Both the position numbers and the translations under genes were made by a program. Shown here in pieces: positions 9,630 to 19,790 of a stretch of DNA of 52,150 nt; positions within the stretch are counted from its first letter, which is position 1, and every line of letters begins with the position of its first letter. Location: positions 1 through 52,150 of the forward strand of contig JANLSU010000123.1 of assembly GCA_031362565.1 (NCBI GenBank), in the 5' to 3' direction. The stretch comes from a bacterium (GTDB lineage: Bacteria; Krumholzibacteriota; Krumholzibacteriia; G020349025). The notes beneath the pieces were generated by a model. The model searched no databases, had not been told where the DNA came from, and was given only the letters and a program-made list of their open reading frames with translations.

Positions 9630-10613
9630 TCAGGCGCCGGTCGCGCCCTGGCCCGCGGCGCGAGGCGGGGTTTCGCCCAGCATCGAAACGGCGACCCCGT
9701 CGCACGGGTCGCAACCGCCGGGCCGGTTGGTGGCGTCGGCCCCGGGACCCTCCACCTGCAGGGTCGTGTGGCCGATTCCGAAGCGCTCCTGGAGAACGCC
9801 GTTGACGGTGGCGACCAGGCCGTCGCGGTCGGCATTGGTGCGCCCCACCAGGTGTGCCGAGAGGCAAACCCGGCTGGGGGTAATGGCCCAAACGTGCAGG
9901 TCGTGAACCGCGACCACGCCACCGACCGCGCCGATTGCCTCGCGAACCGCATCCACATCCAGGCCCCGGGGCGCCGTCTCCATGAGAACGTCGGTCGCGT
10001 CGCGCAGCAGGTGGGCGATGCGCGGCGCGATAAAGGCGGCGAGCGCCAAGCTGAGGATGGGATCGGCGTGCTCCCAGCCCAGGAAATACGTCAGCGCCGC
10101 CGCCACCAGCACTCCCAGCGACGCCAGGAGGTCGGCCCCCACCTCGAGATAGGCGCCCCGCAAATTCAGGCTCGAATGCGCGTGCGGGCGCAACAGGAGA
10201 ATCCCCGCCACGTTCCCCAGGAGCCCCAGCGCGCCGAGCACGAACATCGGCCCGACGTCGGGCGCGGCCGGATGCTGCAGCCGGACAAGCGCGCCACGCA
10301 CGACCGACACCATCACGAGACCGAGGAGGACCGCGTTGGCGAGCGCCGCCAAGATCTCGGCGCGCTGCGACCCGAAGGTGCGCCGTGGCGACGACGGGCG
10401 TTCCGAGACCCAGGCGGCGAAGAGCGCCATCCCGAGGCCTCCGACGTCGGACAGCATGTGTCCCGCATCGGCCAGCAAAGTGAGCGATCCCGTGGCGAGC
10501 CCGCCGGCAAGTTCGGCCACCGCCAGCGTCGCCGCAATGACCAGCACGATCGTCAGCCGGCGCCGGGCGCCCGGCAACGCCGCCCTATGGCCGTGTGCGT
10601 GATCGTGCGCCAA
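9630..10613 (-). CDS. Cation diffusion facilitator (CzcD/ZitB-like Zn/Co/Cd efflux)
   Basis: His-rich N-terminus (HDHAHGH), LLADAGHMLSD, NLRGAYLEVGAD, VHDLHVWAIT, FGIGHTTLQVE. TTG start at 10613 inferred (ORF is open to 10664). Confidence 0.85.
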   Translation of the reverse strand: MAHDHAHGHRAALPGARRRLTIVLVIAATLAVAELAGGLATGSLTLLADAGHMLSDVGGLGMALFAAWVSERPSSPRRTFGSQRAEILAALANAVLLGLVMVSVVRGALVRLQHPAAPDVGPMFVLGALGLLGNVAGILLLRPHAHSSLNLRGAYLEVGADLLASLGVLVAAALTYFLGWEHADPILSLALAAFIAPRIAHLLRDATDVLMETAPRGLDVDAVREAIGAVGGVVAVHDLHVWAITPSRVCLSAHLVGRTNADRDGLVATVNGVLQERFGIGHTTLQVEGPGADATNRPGGCDPCDGVAVSMLGETPPRAAGQGATGA

Positions 10614-10648
10614 GAGTGTTCCACCCAGCCCTTCGGACCGCGGACCGT

Positions 10649-11233
10649 TCAGCGCCCGCGACAACGCATCAACAGCAGATTCTTGAAAGTCCGGCGCAGC
10701 AGCGGCCGCACTCCGGGTGTGAGTTCAGAAGTATTCATCATTGCGAAGCGCTCGATCGTGAAGCCGGCCTTCTCGACGACCCAGCGCAATTCATCGGGTG
10801 CGAATTCATGAAAATGCTCCGGACTCTTCCCGAAGAGCCATTCGTGCGGATGCCGGCGGGGCACCGAGAGGTAGAGGATTCCGCCTTCGGCCAGCACGGC
10901 GCGGCACCCCTCGAGTACAAAAAGCGGATTCATCAAATGCTCCAGAATCTCGAATGCCGTGATGACGGCGTACGGTCCCGGGCAGAAGTCCTGCAGCCGT
11001 TCGCGATCCAAGTCGTGGTCGCCGGTGTGCCCGATGCGGACGCCGAAGCGTTCTTCCATAACGCGCGCCAGCGCGTTGGCGGATCCCAGATCTAAGACCG
11101 GCGCCGTGAGCGGCGCCAGAAAATCGAGCGTCGCGGCAAACCGGCGCTGCGCGCCGCGCGCATAGTCGGCGCTTGCAACCGGTACTTCGGACTGGATTCC
11201 GTCCCGCGCCCACTGACGTTCGGGTTGCGTCAT
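10649..11233 (-). CDS. Class I SAM-dependent methyltransferase
   Basis: VLDLGS motif I, FEILEHL, LAEGGILYLSVP. ATG overlaps the lipB stop (ATGA). Confidence 0.75.
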   Translation of the reverse strand: MTQPERQWARDGIQSEVPVASADYARGAQRRFAATLDFLAPLTAPVLDLGSANALARVMEERFGVRIGHTGDHDLDRERLQDFCPGPYAVITAFEILEHLMNPLFVLEGCRAVLAEGGILYLSVPRRHPHEWLFGKSPEHFHEFAPDELRWVVEKAGFTIERFAMMNTSELTPGVRPLLRRTFKNLLLMRCRGR

Positions 11234-11982
11234 ACGTCCACGCCTTCCTCGATCATTCGGGGCCACTCGGCGCCCGCATCGAGCATGTCGCGCTCGAACA
11301 CTTGCCCGAAATGCACCGCGAAGCTTTCACCGGCAGCGCGCACGGTCGGCGGTGCCGTCGCGCCCACGAGCTGGCGAAGCGACGTCACGGCGCGATTCTG
11401 CAGCCCACACGGGACAATGAGATCGAAGTAGTCGAGATCCGTATGGACGTTCAGTGCGATGCCATGTGACGTGATCCAGCGTGCGACGCGCACCCCGATC
11501 GCGGCGGCCTTCGCGGCACCCTCGCCGGCGCGCTCGACCCAAACCCCGGTCCGGCCGGGCTCGACGTGCGCCGCGATCCCGTACGCGCCGAGCATCGCGA
11601 GGAGCGCGCGCTCGAGATCGCGCACGTAGCGGTGCAAATCACAACGATCCGGCGCCAGATTCAGGATCGGGTAGGCCACCAGTTGCCCGGGCCCGTGGTA
11701 GGTGACGTCGCCACCGCGTCCGGCTTCGAACATTTCGACCCCGAGGGCTTGGAGCCGGGCGCGATCCACCAGCACGTGCTCGGCCTTGGAGTTACGTCCC
11801 AGGGTCAAGACGTGCGGATGTTCGAGGAGCAAGAGCTGATCCGGGATGCGACCGGCACCGCGCTGACGAACGAGATCGGCCTGGAGCGCAAGCGCCGTCG
11901 CGTAAGGAACACGGCCGAGCCAACGCACCTCACAGGTGCGGCGCGCAGTGAATCCCGCGGTTGGAGTTCCCGGCGCCGTCAT
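11230..11982 (-). CDS. lipB: Lipoyl(octanoyl) transferase
   Basis: LLEHPHVLTLG, GRGGDVTYHGPGQLVAYPI, KAAAIG, ITSHGIALNV, IVPCG. GGAGG RBS. Confidence 0.93.
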   Translation of the reverse strand: MTAPGTPTAGFTARRTCEVRWLGRVPYATALALQADLVRQRGAGRIPDQLLLLEHPHVLTLGRNSKAEHVLVDRARLQALGVEMFEAGRGGDVTYHGPGQLVAYPILNLAPDRCDLHRYVRDLERALLAMLGAYGIAAHVEPGRTGVWVERAGEGAAKAAAIGVRVARWITSHGIALNVHTDLDYFDLIVPCGLQNRAVTSLRQLVGATAPPTVRAAGESFAVHFGQVFERDMLDAGAEWPRMIEEGVDV

Positions 11983-12072
11983 GGTGCCTCCCCGGTGGGC
12001 TTTCCAAAATCGTCCGTGGCGTCATCCAGGCTCGGACGCCTGGACCATTGTACGCCTGCGGCGGCGCCGCGG

Positions 12073-13587
12073 TCAGGAGTGTGGCGCGACGCGGCGAAAC
12101 AGACAGAGGTCATACGAACGCTTCTGATGCGAGCGGCGGGTGACGTACTGCAACGTCACCCGCACCGGCTCGTAGTCGAGATGAAAGTTCTGGTCTGCGA
12201 AGAGCTCGTTGTCGCCTGGATAGTTCGGCGAATGCGACGAGAGCGGCCGCCCCGTAAACATGATCCAATCGGGTTGGCGAGAGAGAACATAGCGGCCGTC
12301 ACCGCGCTCATGGCCCGCCATGCCCTGCCCAAGATGCTGGGCCGCGGTATGGGCGATGTGGGCGTCGGTGAGTCCGAGTGTGTCGATGAAAGGCATTTCG
12401 CCATAGAAGGGCACGACGCCCGCGCCGCTGAATGCGAGCACGGCGCCGGGCACGAAGTTCTGCTTCATCCATCGTCCGGCGGTTTCGGCCATGGTGAGAT
12501 TGTCGTTGGCGACAGCAATGTCGAGCTGCCGAAGGCGCGGGTGCAGATACGCGGCAGTGGCGGTGCCGGCCACGAGAACGAGCGCCGCGCCGAGCCGCAA
12601 GCGCGGCGCCAGACGGGCCACTCCGGATGCCGCGAGCAAGCACGCGATCGGCAGCGGCACCACGAACAAGCGCAACGCCGGGAACGCTTCACCGCCGATC
12701 CAAATGGCGTAGGCGGTGTATGACAGTACGAGAACCGTCAGAATCGCGACGCGAATGTCGCGCCCTGCAGCCGCGCCCGTCGCCACCGCCGCCACGAGGA
12801 GCAAAGGGAAAGCCTGCAGCATGCTTGCGAAGTACGCGAGCCCCCGCGCCAGCATCGCACTGTTCACGCCCACCTTGGCGTAGAACGTGTTCGGCAGAAG
12901 AGCGCCGTAGTAAATCCAACGCCAGATGAAGTACGTGCCATACAGCGCGGCAACGACGGCGGCGAACTGCGCGCCGTGCAGCCACGGCCGCCGGCCACGC
13001 CGGGCTTCGAGGGCGAGCGCCGCACCCAGCACGCCGGCAACCAGCAGATGCGTTGGATGCGTCATCGCGGCGAGACTGCAAGCGACGGCCGCCCACCGCA
13101 GCGGCTGCAGCGTCCCCTGGTCGAGATAGCTCCAGAAAAACCACAGCGCCAGCACGACGAAAAACGCCGCCGGCACGTTCTCGAGCCCACCCACGGCCCA
13201 GGCTGCCCAGGACTCCGATACGCAGAGCAACGCCACCGGCAGGAGCGCGATCCACTGCAAGCCCCGGCGGCCGAAGAACGCCACGAGACCAAGCGTCGCG
13301 AGTGAAAACGCCGCGCCGAGCGCTTGGGCGGCCGATGGGATGTCCAGGCCGGCGCGCGCCGCGCCGGCCATCAACACGGTCCAGAGGAAGTTGGTGTAGC
13401 CCTCGACGCGCTCGCCGGGGTTGAACACGAGGCCGAGCCCCCGTGCGAAGTTGCGCGCGTAGCGAAACGCAATGAACGCGTCGTCGTCCATCCAGCCGGC
13501 GTAGTGCCACTCGCGTACCAGCAGCCACGCCACCGCGGCTCCAAGCACGATCCACGGCAGCCACCGCTCGGCAGGACGTGCGGTCAT
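12073..13587 (-). CDS. Polytopic membrane GT-C fold glycosyltransferase (AftB/arabinofuranosyltransferase-like)
   Basis: [12 protein letters not shown]...[33 protein letters not shown]. Many TM segments. Confidence 0.7.
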   Translation of the reverse strand: MTARPAERWLPWIVLGAAVAWLLVREWHYAGWMDDDAFIAFRYARNFARGLGLVFNPGERVEGYTNFLWTVLMAGAARAGLDIPSAAQALGAAFSLATLGLVAFFGRRGLQWIALLPVALLCVSESWAAWAVGGLENVPAAFFVVLALWFFWSYLDQGTLQPLRWAAVACSLAAMTHPTHLLVAGVLGAALALEARRGRRPWLHGAQFAAVVAALYGTYFIWRWIYYGALLPNTFYAKVGVNSAMLARGLAYFASMLQAFPLLLVAAVATGAAAGRDIRVAILTVLVLSYTAYAIWIGGEAFPALRLFVVPLPIACLLAASGVARLAPRLRLGAALVLVAGTATAAYLHPRLRQLDIAVANDNLTMAETAGRWMKQNFVPGAVLAFSGAGVVPFYGEMPFIDTLGLTDAHIAHTAAQHLGQGMAGHERGDGRYVLSRQPDWIMFTGRPLSSHSPNYPGDNELFADQNFHLDYEPVRVTLQYVTRRSHQKRSYDLCLFRRVAPHS

Positions 13588-13591
13588 CGAA

Positions 13592-15031
13592 TCACAGCAT
13601 CGCCTTGAAGTCGCCGGTTTCGAGCGTCAGCTTCAAGTGCGACAGGAACGCATCGGCGGTCGCGCCGTCGACGACACGGTGGTCGTAACCGAGCGACACG
13701 TACATGCACGAACGGATGGCGATGACATCGCCCTCCAGTACCTTGACGCGCTTCTCGATCTTGCCGACACCCAGGATCGCCACCTGCGGCTGGCTGATGA
13801 TGGGCAATCCCACCATGGCCCCGAACACGCCCGGATTGGTGATCGTGAACGTGCCGCCGGCGACCTCGTCCGGCAACAGTTGTTTGTTGCGGGCGCGATT
13901 CGCCAGATCGGCGACGCGGTTGTTGATCCCCGCCAACGTCAACTCGTCGGCGCGCTTGACGACCGGGACGATGAGGCCCCAGTCGAGCGCCACCGCGACT
14001 CCGACGTTGATGTCGTTCTTGTAGACGACGGTGTCGCCGTCCACCGAGGCGTTGACGATGGGCACATGCCGCAAAGACATCACGGCCGCTTTGACGATGA
14101 ATGGCGTGATCGTGAGCTTCTGGCCGTAGCGTTGCACGAACTCCGCCTGGACCTTCTGGCGGGTGTCGAGCATGTTCGTGCAATCGATTTCGTACAGCGT
14201 GTGCACGTGCGGTGAGGTGTGCTTGGAGTACACCATGTGGTCGGCGATTTTCTTGCGCATGACCGACATGGGTTCGAGGCGGACGTTGTCGCCGGGGGCG
14301 TATGCCGCGACATGATATGCCGTCCGGGCGCCGCCTGGAGCCGGAGCGCTGGGCGCCGGCGCGTAGGCGGCCGGTGCGGCGGCCGACGTGGCCGCGAGCC
14401 CCCCGTCGAGCGCCGCCTGCAGATCGTTCTTGGTGACGCGGCCCGAGATGCCGGTGCCGGTGAGGCGCGAGATATCGACCCCGTTGTCGGCCGCCATGCG
14501 GCGCACGAGCGGCGTCGACCGGGTCCGGCGCAGGTCTTCCTTGCTCGCGACGCCGCGCGGCGATGGGAATTCCACCGGCGCACCAGCGGCGTACTGCGCG
14601 ACGGCGGCCGCCGGAGCCTGGGTCGGATGTGCACCGGCGTGCGCCACAGCAGTCGCCGTATGCGTCGCAACGGGTGCGGGTGCGGCAGGACGAGGTGCCG
14701 CCGGCGCGGGCGCCGGGGCCGCCGCGGCAACCGCCGACGCTGCGGCCGGCTTCGCGGGTGCCTTGCCGTCGCCGCCGCCGATGTCGGCCGCGCTGTCGCC
14801 GATCACGCCCACGACCGTATTCACGGCCACCGTCGTGCCCTCGGCGACTTTGATTTCGGCCAGCACGCCGGCACTCGGCGACGGGATCTCGGCGTCCACC
14901 TTGTCGGTCGAAATCTCGAACAGCGGTTCGTCGCGTTTGACCGCGTCGCCGACTTTCTTGAGCCACTTTACGACCGTACCCTCGGCGATGCTCTCGCCCA
15001 TCTGCGGCATGATCACATCAGTCTTTGCCAT
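13592..15031 (-). CDS. 2-oxoacid dehydrogenase E2, dihydrolipoamide acyltransferase (single lipoyl domain)
   Basis: [11 protein letters not shown], lipoyl site STDKVDAE, Ala/Pro linker, E3-binding TPLVRR...[10 protein letters not shown], catalytic [16 protein letters not shown] before ATG 15031. Confidence 0.92.
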   Translation of the reverse strand: MAKTDVIMPQMGESIAEGTVVKWLKKVGDAVKRDEPLFEISTDKVDAEIPSPSAGVLAEIKVAEGTTVAVNTVVGVIGDSAADIGGGDGKAPAKPAAASAVAAAAPAPAPAAPRPAAPAPVATHTATAVAHAGAHPTQAPAAAVAQYAAGAPVEFPSPRGVASKEDLRRTRSTPLVRRMAADNGVDISRLTGTGISGRVTKNDLQAALDGGLAATSAAAPAAYAPAPSAPAPGGARTAYHVAAYAPGDNVRLEPMSVMRKKIADHMVYSKHTSPHVHTLYEIDCTNMLDTRQKVQAEFVQRYGQKLTITPFIVKAAVMSLRHVPIVNASVDGDTVVYKNDINVGVAVALDWGLIVPVVKRADELTLAGINNRVADLANRARNKQLLPDEVAGGTFTITNPGVFGAMVGLPIISQPQVAILGVGKIEKRVKVLEGDVIAIRSCMYVSLGYDHRVVDGATADAFLSHLKLTLETGDFKAML

Positions 15032-15148
15032 TGCAGGACTCCTTCGCGCCGCCTGGGCGCCGTTCAATAAACTCGTTGCCGGCGCGCTGTCGCGCCAAGA
15101 CTCGCTACCGGCGCGCCGCGCTCACCGCGTCGCACCGAACGTGCAGCG

Positions 15149-16126
15149 TCAATATGCCGCGAGTTCGCGGCAAGCGCGCACGATGTCCGCGGTTTGCGGC
15201 AGAAATGCATCCTCGAGCGGCGCCGCGAACGGAATGCCGGCGCCATCCTTGGCGCACACGCGCCGCACCGGGCCATCGAGCCACTCGAAAGCCGCCTCGG
15301 TGACGCGCGCCGAAATCTCGGCGCCCACGCCGCCGGTCAGCGAGTCTTCGTGCACGATCACGAGTTTGCTCGTGCGGCGCACGGATTCGAGAATCGTCTG
15401 CGTGTCGAGCGGTGCCAGAGTGCGAATGTCGATGACTTCGACGTCGACTCCCTCTTTGTCGAGTTCGACGGCCGCCTCGAGCGACTTGTGCATCATGGCG
15501 CCATAGGTGACGATCGTCAGATCGCGCCCGCGGCGGCGGATTTCGGCCGGACCAATCGGCACCGTCCAGTCGCCCGGCGGCAGATCCTCTTTGATGCGGC
15601 GATACAAGTACTTGTGTTCCAAATACAGAACCGGATTCGGATCGCGAATTGCCGCTTTCAGCAACCCCTTGGCGTCGTACGCGGTTGCCGGCTGCACGAT
15701 CTTGATGCCCGGTACGTGCATGAAAAAGGCTTCGGGATTCTGCGAGTGGTACGGACCGCCACGCACGCCGCCTCCCGATGGGCCGCGAATCACCATCGGA
15801 CACGGTACGGCCCAGCGCCAGTAGTTCTTGGCGGCGAAGTTGACGATCTGGTCGAAGGCGTTGGCGATGAAGTCGATGAACTGGATTTCCGCCACCGGGC
15901 GCTGGCCCCACATGGCAGCGCCGCAAGCGACGCCGACGATTCCCGACTCGGCGATCGGCGTATCCAGCACGCGGGACGCACCGAATTTCTCCAAGAAACC
16001 CTCGGTGACTTTGAACGCGCCGCCGTACTCACCCACGTCCTCGCCGATCAGAAAGACGCGCGGATCGCGTTCCATTTCCTCCCAAAGCGCTTGTCGAATG
16101 GCTTCCAAGTAGGTTGTCTGCGCCAC
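15149..16126 (-). CDS. 2-oxoacid dehydrogenase E1 beta subunit (pyruvate or branched-chain type)
   Basis: GEDVGEYGGAF, DTPIAESGIVG, EIQFIDF, HSQNPEA, DPNPVLYLEHK. GTG start after GGAGA. Confidence 0.92.
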   Translation of the reverse strand: MAQTTYLEAIRQALWEEMERDPRVFLIGEDVGEYGGAFKVTEGFLEKFGASRVLDTPIAESGIVGVACGAAMWGQRPVAEIQFIDFIANAFDQIVNFAAKNYWRWAVPCPMVIRGPSGGGVRGGPYHSQNPEAFFMHVPGIKIVQPATAYDAKGLLKAAIRDPNPVLYLEHKYLYRRIKEDLPPGDWTVPIGPAEIRRRGRDLTIVTYGAMMHKSLEAAVELDKEGVDVEVIDIRTLAPLDTQTILESVRRTSKLVIVHEDSLTGGVGAEISARVTEAAFEWLDGPVRRVCAKDGAGIPFAAPLEDAFLPQTADIVRACRELAAY

Positions 16127-16386
16127 GTCGTCTCCCACGCCAACGGCCTGCTGTCCAAGAACACTGCGCCCCGCCCAGGCGCCCTTTGGGTCTGATCCCC
16201 CAAAGGGGCTCGAGCCATGGATCCGCGGTCACTGCAAATTCGCGCCGCGCTCCCCCTTTAGCGGGATAGTCGACGCGCCACGGCGGCGCGCCAGAATAGC
16301 CCAAGCATGACCCGCGGCGCACCCTCGGGATCGACTCGGCCCCCACCCGGGTCCGATCCCGCCGCGTCCTTCCGGAGAGTCCGGCG

Positions 16387-16416
16387 TTGTTCCACACCGC
16401 TCAAACCTGATATGCT
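16387..16416 (+). promoter_or_regulatory. Candidate sigma70 promoter (extended -10) for the DUF4114 gene
   Basis: TTGTTC-N18-TATGCT with TGn before the -10. Confidence 0.3.
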
Positions 16417-16532
16417 CACGTCTGGATTCCCCAGTCCGTTCGACCCGGCCGGAGGCGTGCGCAGCCTTGGATGTCCAGGGCGGGGCGATGGTAGATTTTG
16501 AGCGGGGACCGCCAACAGCGAGAGAGCAACTC

Positions 16533-17279
16533 ATGAAGTATTTGCACACGATCGGTCTGCTGGCAGGATTGGCGATCGCCGCCCCTGCCGGTGCGCAAGT
16601 CAACGTCGTCTTCGGCACGACCTGGGACGCGCCGAGTACCGCATTGCAGAACATCTTGGATGCACGGTACGGCGTCGGCAACATCTCGGTAACCACCGAC
16701 TACATCGGTAAGGCCGTCGCCGAGCCGGACCCGTTCGTCTGGTCGGGCCTGTCGTTCAATTCACTGCTCGTCCGCGAAGTCGCCGGCAACGCCAACAACA
16801 ACCTCGTGGGCTGGTATCTGGACACTGGGACAGCGCCGGTCATCGATGGCGTCAACGACGGCGTGGTCTTCAACGGTCCGCAGGGTGAGGGCACCGTCGC
16901 GATGGTGACGCTCGGACCCGGCAACACCGCGTTTGGTTTCTACATGAACCCCAACGGCACGGGTGGCGCGACCAACGCTCCCGAGCCCGAGAAGTTCTTC
17001 TCGAATCGCTTCTACAACGACATCGGACCCGACGGTTCGGGCGCGGTGCACACGCCCACGAACGGCGACGTGCAAGCGCTCATTTTCGACGTCTCGTTCT
17101 GGACGCAGCCGAATACGTGGGTCGTGTGCTTCGAGGATTTGGACAGCGGTCCCAATCCCACCCCGTGCTGCGCGCAGACGGACAACGATTTCAATGACTT
17201 CGTGTTCGAAGTCACGGTGGCACGCACGGTCGGCGTCGAGCAACTGGCGATGTCGGCACTGAAGGCGTTGTACCGGTAG
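16533..17279 (+). CDS. Secreted DUF4114-like protein with C-terminal VGVE...KALYR tail
   Basis: Signal peptide MKYLHTIGLLAGLAIAAPAGA. C-terminal CFEDL...DNDFNDFVF signature. Ends TVGVEQLAMSALKALYR. Confidence 0.75.
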   Translation: MKYLHTIGLLAGLAIAAPAGAQVNVVFGTTWDAPSTALQNILDARYGVGNISVTTDYIGKAVAEPDPFVWSGLSFNSLLVREVAGNANNNLVGWYLDTGTAPVIDGVNDGVVFNGPQGEGTVAMVTLGPGNTAFGFYMNPNGTGGATNAPEPEKFFSNRFYNDIGPDGSGAVHTPTNGDVQALIFDVSFWTQPNTWVVCFEDLDSGPNPTPCCAQTDNDFNDFVFEVTVARTVGVEQLAMSALKALYR

Positions 17280-17317
17280 GATCGTCGACGATCCCACCTC
17301 GAGAGCATCGTTTGCAT

Positions 17318-17353
17318 GCGGGCCTGCCGGTAAACGGCGGGCCCGTTTGCTTT
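17318..17353 (+). terminator. Intrinsic terminator after the DUF4114 gene
   Basis: 12-bp stem GCGGGCCTGCCG/CGGCGGGCCCGT (2 G-U pairs), loop GTAAA, followed by TTGCTTT. Confidence 0.6.
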
Positions 17354-17416
17354 GTGCCGGTAGCGGTTCTCGTCTTCTTATCGTACTCTCGCGCCGCATC
17401 CCTGGGGGTGGTGGGC

Positions 17417-17800
17417 GTGGCCGGTAAACTGCTTCTCGTCATGCTGGGTGGCGCGTTCGGAACGGCTTGCCGGTACGGGTTGTCATCGTTCGTCTATGGG
17501 CACCTCGCCAAGCCAACCTTCCCGTGGGCGAATCTCATCATCAACGTCTCCGGCAGTTTCTTGATCGGCCTTTTGGCGCAAGTGTTCGAGGCGCGCGCCC
17601 TCGCCTCGCCCGTGGTGCGCGCCGCGCTCCTCACCGGAGTCCTGGGTGGCTACACCACCTTTTCGAGCTTCGCATACGAAACTTTCGAATTGTTGCGTGA
17701 CGGACAGTGGCTCCTCGCCGTCGCCAACGCCGCCGGCAGTGTGGCACTCGGGCTGCTGGCGGTTTGGGCGGGAGTCCGCATGGCTCAGATGGTCTGGTAG
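17417..17800 (+). CDS. crcB: Fluoride channel FluC/CrcB
   Basis: GGAFGTACRY, FPWANLIINVSGSFLIG, GVLGGYTTFSSFAYE. GTG start inferred. Confidence 0.92.
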   Translation: MAGKLLLVMLGGAFGTACRYGLSSFVYGHLAKPTFPWANLIINVSGSFLIGLLAQVFEARALASPVVRAALLTGVLGGYTTFSSFAYETFELLRDGQWLLAVANAAGSVALGLLAVWAGVRMAQMVW

Positions 17801-17960
17801 CGACGCCGCGTGAGGAGCGGCGAAGAGCGGTCGCGAGGACACGGGGTGTTGACGCGGACACAACCGGAAGGGGTCTCGCGGCCGCGAGAGCCCGACGGTG
17901 GGTTCCTGCAACCTCTTGCCACGGTGCCGATTGGGCCTTTCGGCCCGCTGCCGGACGATT

Positions 17961-17976
17961 CGGCCCGAGCCTTGCG
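17961..17976 (+). promoter_or_regulatory. Candidate sigma54 -24/-12 promoter
   Basis: CGGCCCG-AGCC-TTGCG (GG-N10-GC), about 70 nt upstream of ATG 18047. Confidence 0.4.
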
Positions 17977-18046
17977 CTACACCCTTTGGAAGACGCGCCG
18001 CGGCGAGCGCATCCGCGCCCGCCTTCGATGAACGAGGAGGGTTTCG

Positions 18047-18505
18047 ATGCACGCATCTCGTTGGACTACGAAATCGTTCGCGACGCTGGTGGCGGGGATC
18101 GTCATGTCCTTGGCCCCGAGTCTCGCGCTCGCCGATCACGATCACGATCGCGATCATCGTCGTAAACACCGCAGCGAACGCCGCGACGACCGGCGTGACG
18201 ACCGGCGTGACGACCGCCGCGGCGAATGCCGGTCGGAAGGCCGGCGTGACCATCGCGAACGTAACGTGCGCTACGTCGAAGTGCGCCGTCCCGCGCCGCG
18301 TTTCACAGTTGGCATTCAGGTCGGTGGCGCGCCCTACTGCGCCCCGGTGCGCGCCTACTGCCCGCCGCCGGCGCCGGTGTACTACGAACCCGCCGCCTGC
18401 GGCGCGTACTACGATCCGTACTGCAATTCGCGCTTCAACAATTTCGAACTGTTCGTGGAGCACGTGAGCCGCAATCACTCGGTCTCGGTGAGCGTGCGCA
18501 ACTAA
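18047..18505 (+). CDS. Small secreted hypothetical protein with RRDD repeats and a C-terminal Cys/His cluster
   Basis: GAGGAGG RBS. Signal peptide ending SLALA. (DDRR)x3. C-terminus YDPYCNSRF...EHVSRNH. Confidence 0.65.
   Translation: MHASRWTTKSFATLVAGIVMSLAPSLALADHDHDRDHRRKHRSERRDDRRDDRRDDRRGECRSEGRRDHRERNVRYVEVRRPAPRFTVGIQVGGAPYCAPVRAYCPPPAPVYYEPAACGAYYDPYCNSRFNNFELFVEHVSRNHSVSVSVRN
18185..18220 (+). repeat. In-frame 12-nt tandem repeat (GACGACCGGCGT x2 plus one variant copy)
   Basis: Directly visible; encodes DDRR DDRR DDRR. Confidence 0.8.
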
Positions 18506-18781
18506 CGCTTCCATCCGCGCCGGCGCGGGCGGCCTGCGAGGGTCGCCCGCGCGCGAGCCGGCGTGCGTGCGGCCGCCAAAGCGTTCGGACGTGCTGGAAC
18601 GACGACGCGGCGCCCCGGCCGGCTCGCCTCGACTCTATCCACACCGCTACATCGCACTGCGAAGGTCCTGTCCACCTCCTCGATCCAGACGCTGTGACCC
18701 GATGCGCAAGCACGGCGTTGCGTCCGCCATGCGGCGCGGCGCGGCGCCACGCGGCATCACCAGGCACTCCATAGGGAGGCG

Positions 18782-18797
18782 TGGCATGTCGGTTGCA
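18782..18797 (+). promoter_or_regulatory. Candidate sigma54 -24/-12 promoter
   Basis: TGGCATG-TCGG-TTGCA, one mismatch to TGGCACG-N4-TTGCW, about 145 nt upstream of ATG 18941. Confidence 0.6.
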
Positions 18798-18940
18798 CGA
18801 GTCCCCTCCACACACCGGCGCCGATCGAAGCGTGAATGCGCTGCGACGGTCGCACGGCACATCAACCTTGCTGGCGATCGCATTTGCGACGCGTAAGAGC
18901 CCGGCTCGGTTGTGGATTTTGAGCCCGGAGGAATGTGCAC

Positions 18941-19729
18941 ATGATCCGCAAGGCCCTGTTGGCACTCGTCGCTTCGCTTGCCGTAGTGAGTATCGCCGTG
19001 GCGCAAGAAGGCCCCGTCGGCGTCGTTGTGACGACGACCGTCGCGAGCCTCTATGATCGCAACGCGTTCAATGTCGTGGAGAGCTCGGGGTTGCAAGACG
19101 GCGCCGTCGTGCAGCCGAACGTCACGATGGGCGTGAAGAACAGCGGGTTCAACGCCTTCGTCGCTGGTTCCTTCGTCGTCAACGACGATAGCGAAATGCA
19201 CGAAGCGTCGTACGGCGTCAATTTCGTGAAGGCCGCGTCGCCGCTCGTGACGGTGGGCGCCGGCTACACGTTCTTCGACAATCGCGTCGACCATGTCGTC
19301 GGCGTTGTAGGCGTGGTCCCGGACAACAACACGCACGAGGTCTGGGGCAGCGTCGAGCTGAACAGCGCCGTCGGCGTCAAGCCCGGGGTGACCGTCAAGT
19401 ACGAGAAACCGACGGTCGATGGCCTCGACGGCTATGCAGTCGTGGTCGGCGGCTTGAAGTACGCGCTGCCGCTGTCCGGTGTCTCGGTGGGTGGAGCCGG
19501 CGTCGATCTGAACTGGTCGACGGGCGTCGTGTACAACAGCGGCGTGGTCGTCAACAACGTCGAAGTCGTGAAGAGCGGCGTGTCGGCCGTGCAGTTCGGC
19601 GTGTCGAGCGCCGTGCATGCGGGCCGCGTCGTCGTGACGCCGGCCGTCAACTACCAGGTGACGGTCGAGGACACGGTGAGCAAGGACAACCCGTTCTGGG
19701 CGACGTTCGGCGTCGCGTACGGGTTCTGA
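18941..19729 (+). CDS. Outer-membrane beta-barrel, putative porin (TorF/Gcw_chp-like)
   Basis: GGAGG RBS, signal peptide, alternating amphipathic beta strands, N-terminal ASLYDRNAF...VVQP, C-terminal BAM-type signal FGVAYGF. Confidence 0.7.
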   Translation: MIRKALLALVASLAVVSIAVAQEGPVGVVVTTTVASLYDRNAFNVVESSGLQDGAVVQPNVTMGVKNSGFNAFVAGSFVVNDDSEMHEASYGVNFVKAASPLVTVGAGYTFFDNRVDHVVGVVGVVPDNNTHEVWGSVELNSAVGVKPGVTVKYEKPTVDGLDGYAVVVGGLKYALPLSGVSVGGAGVDLNWSTGVVYNSGVVVNNVEVVKSGVSAVQFGVSSAVHAGRVVVTPAVNYQVTVEDTVSKDNPFWATFGVAYGF

Positions 19730-19733
19730 ACGA

Positions 19734-19790
19734 ATCCACGCTATGGCGTGGATCGCGCGAGGCCGCCCCGCCGGGCGGCCTCGCTGCGTT
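19734..19790. terminator. Two tandem perfect hairpins between convergent genes
   Basis: ATCCACGC-TATG-GCGTGGAT (19734-19753) and GCGAGGCCGCCC-CGCC-GGGCGGCCTCGC (19757-19784). Confidence 0.55.

Noticed and set aside
16182..16207. Hairpin CCCTTTGGG/CCCAAAGGG upstream of E1beta as a riboswitch
   Set aside because: A single 9-bp stem with no recognisable aptamer consensus (no TPP CUGAGA motif).
17281..17416. Fluoride riboswitch upstream of crcB
   Set aside because: No GGCGATGG...CGCC / GCTGATGAC-type consensus is visible. The only structure is the upstream gene's terminator.
18134..18220. Short tandem repeats as a CRISPR array or contingency locus
   Set aside because: Units are 6-12 nt, in frame and lack spacers. 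This is coding low complexity.
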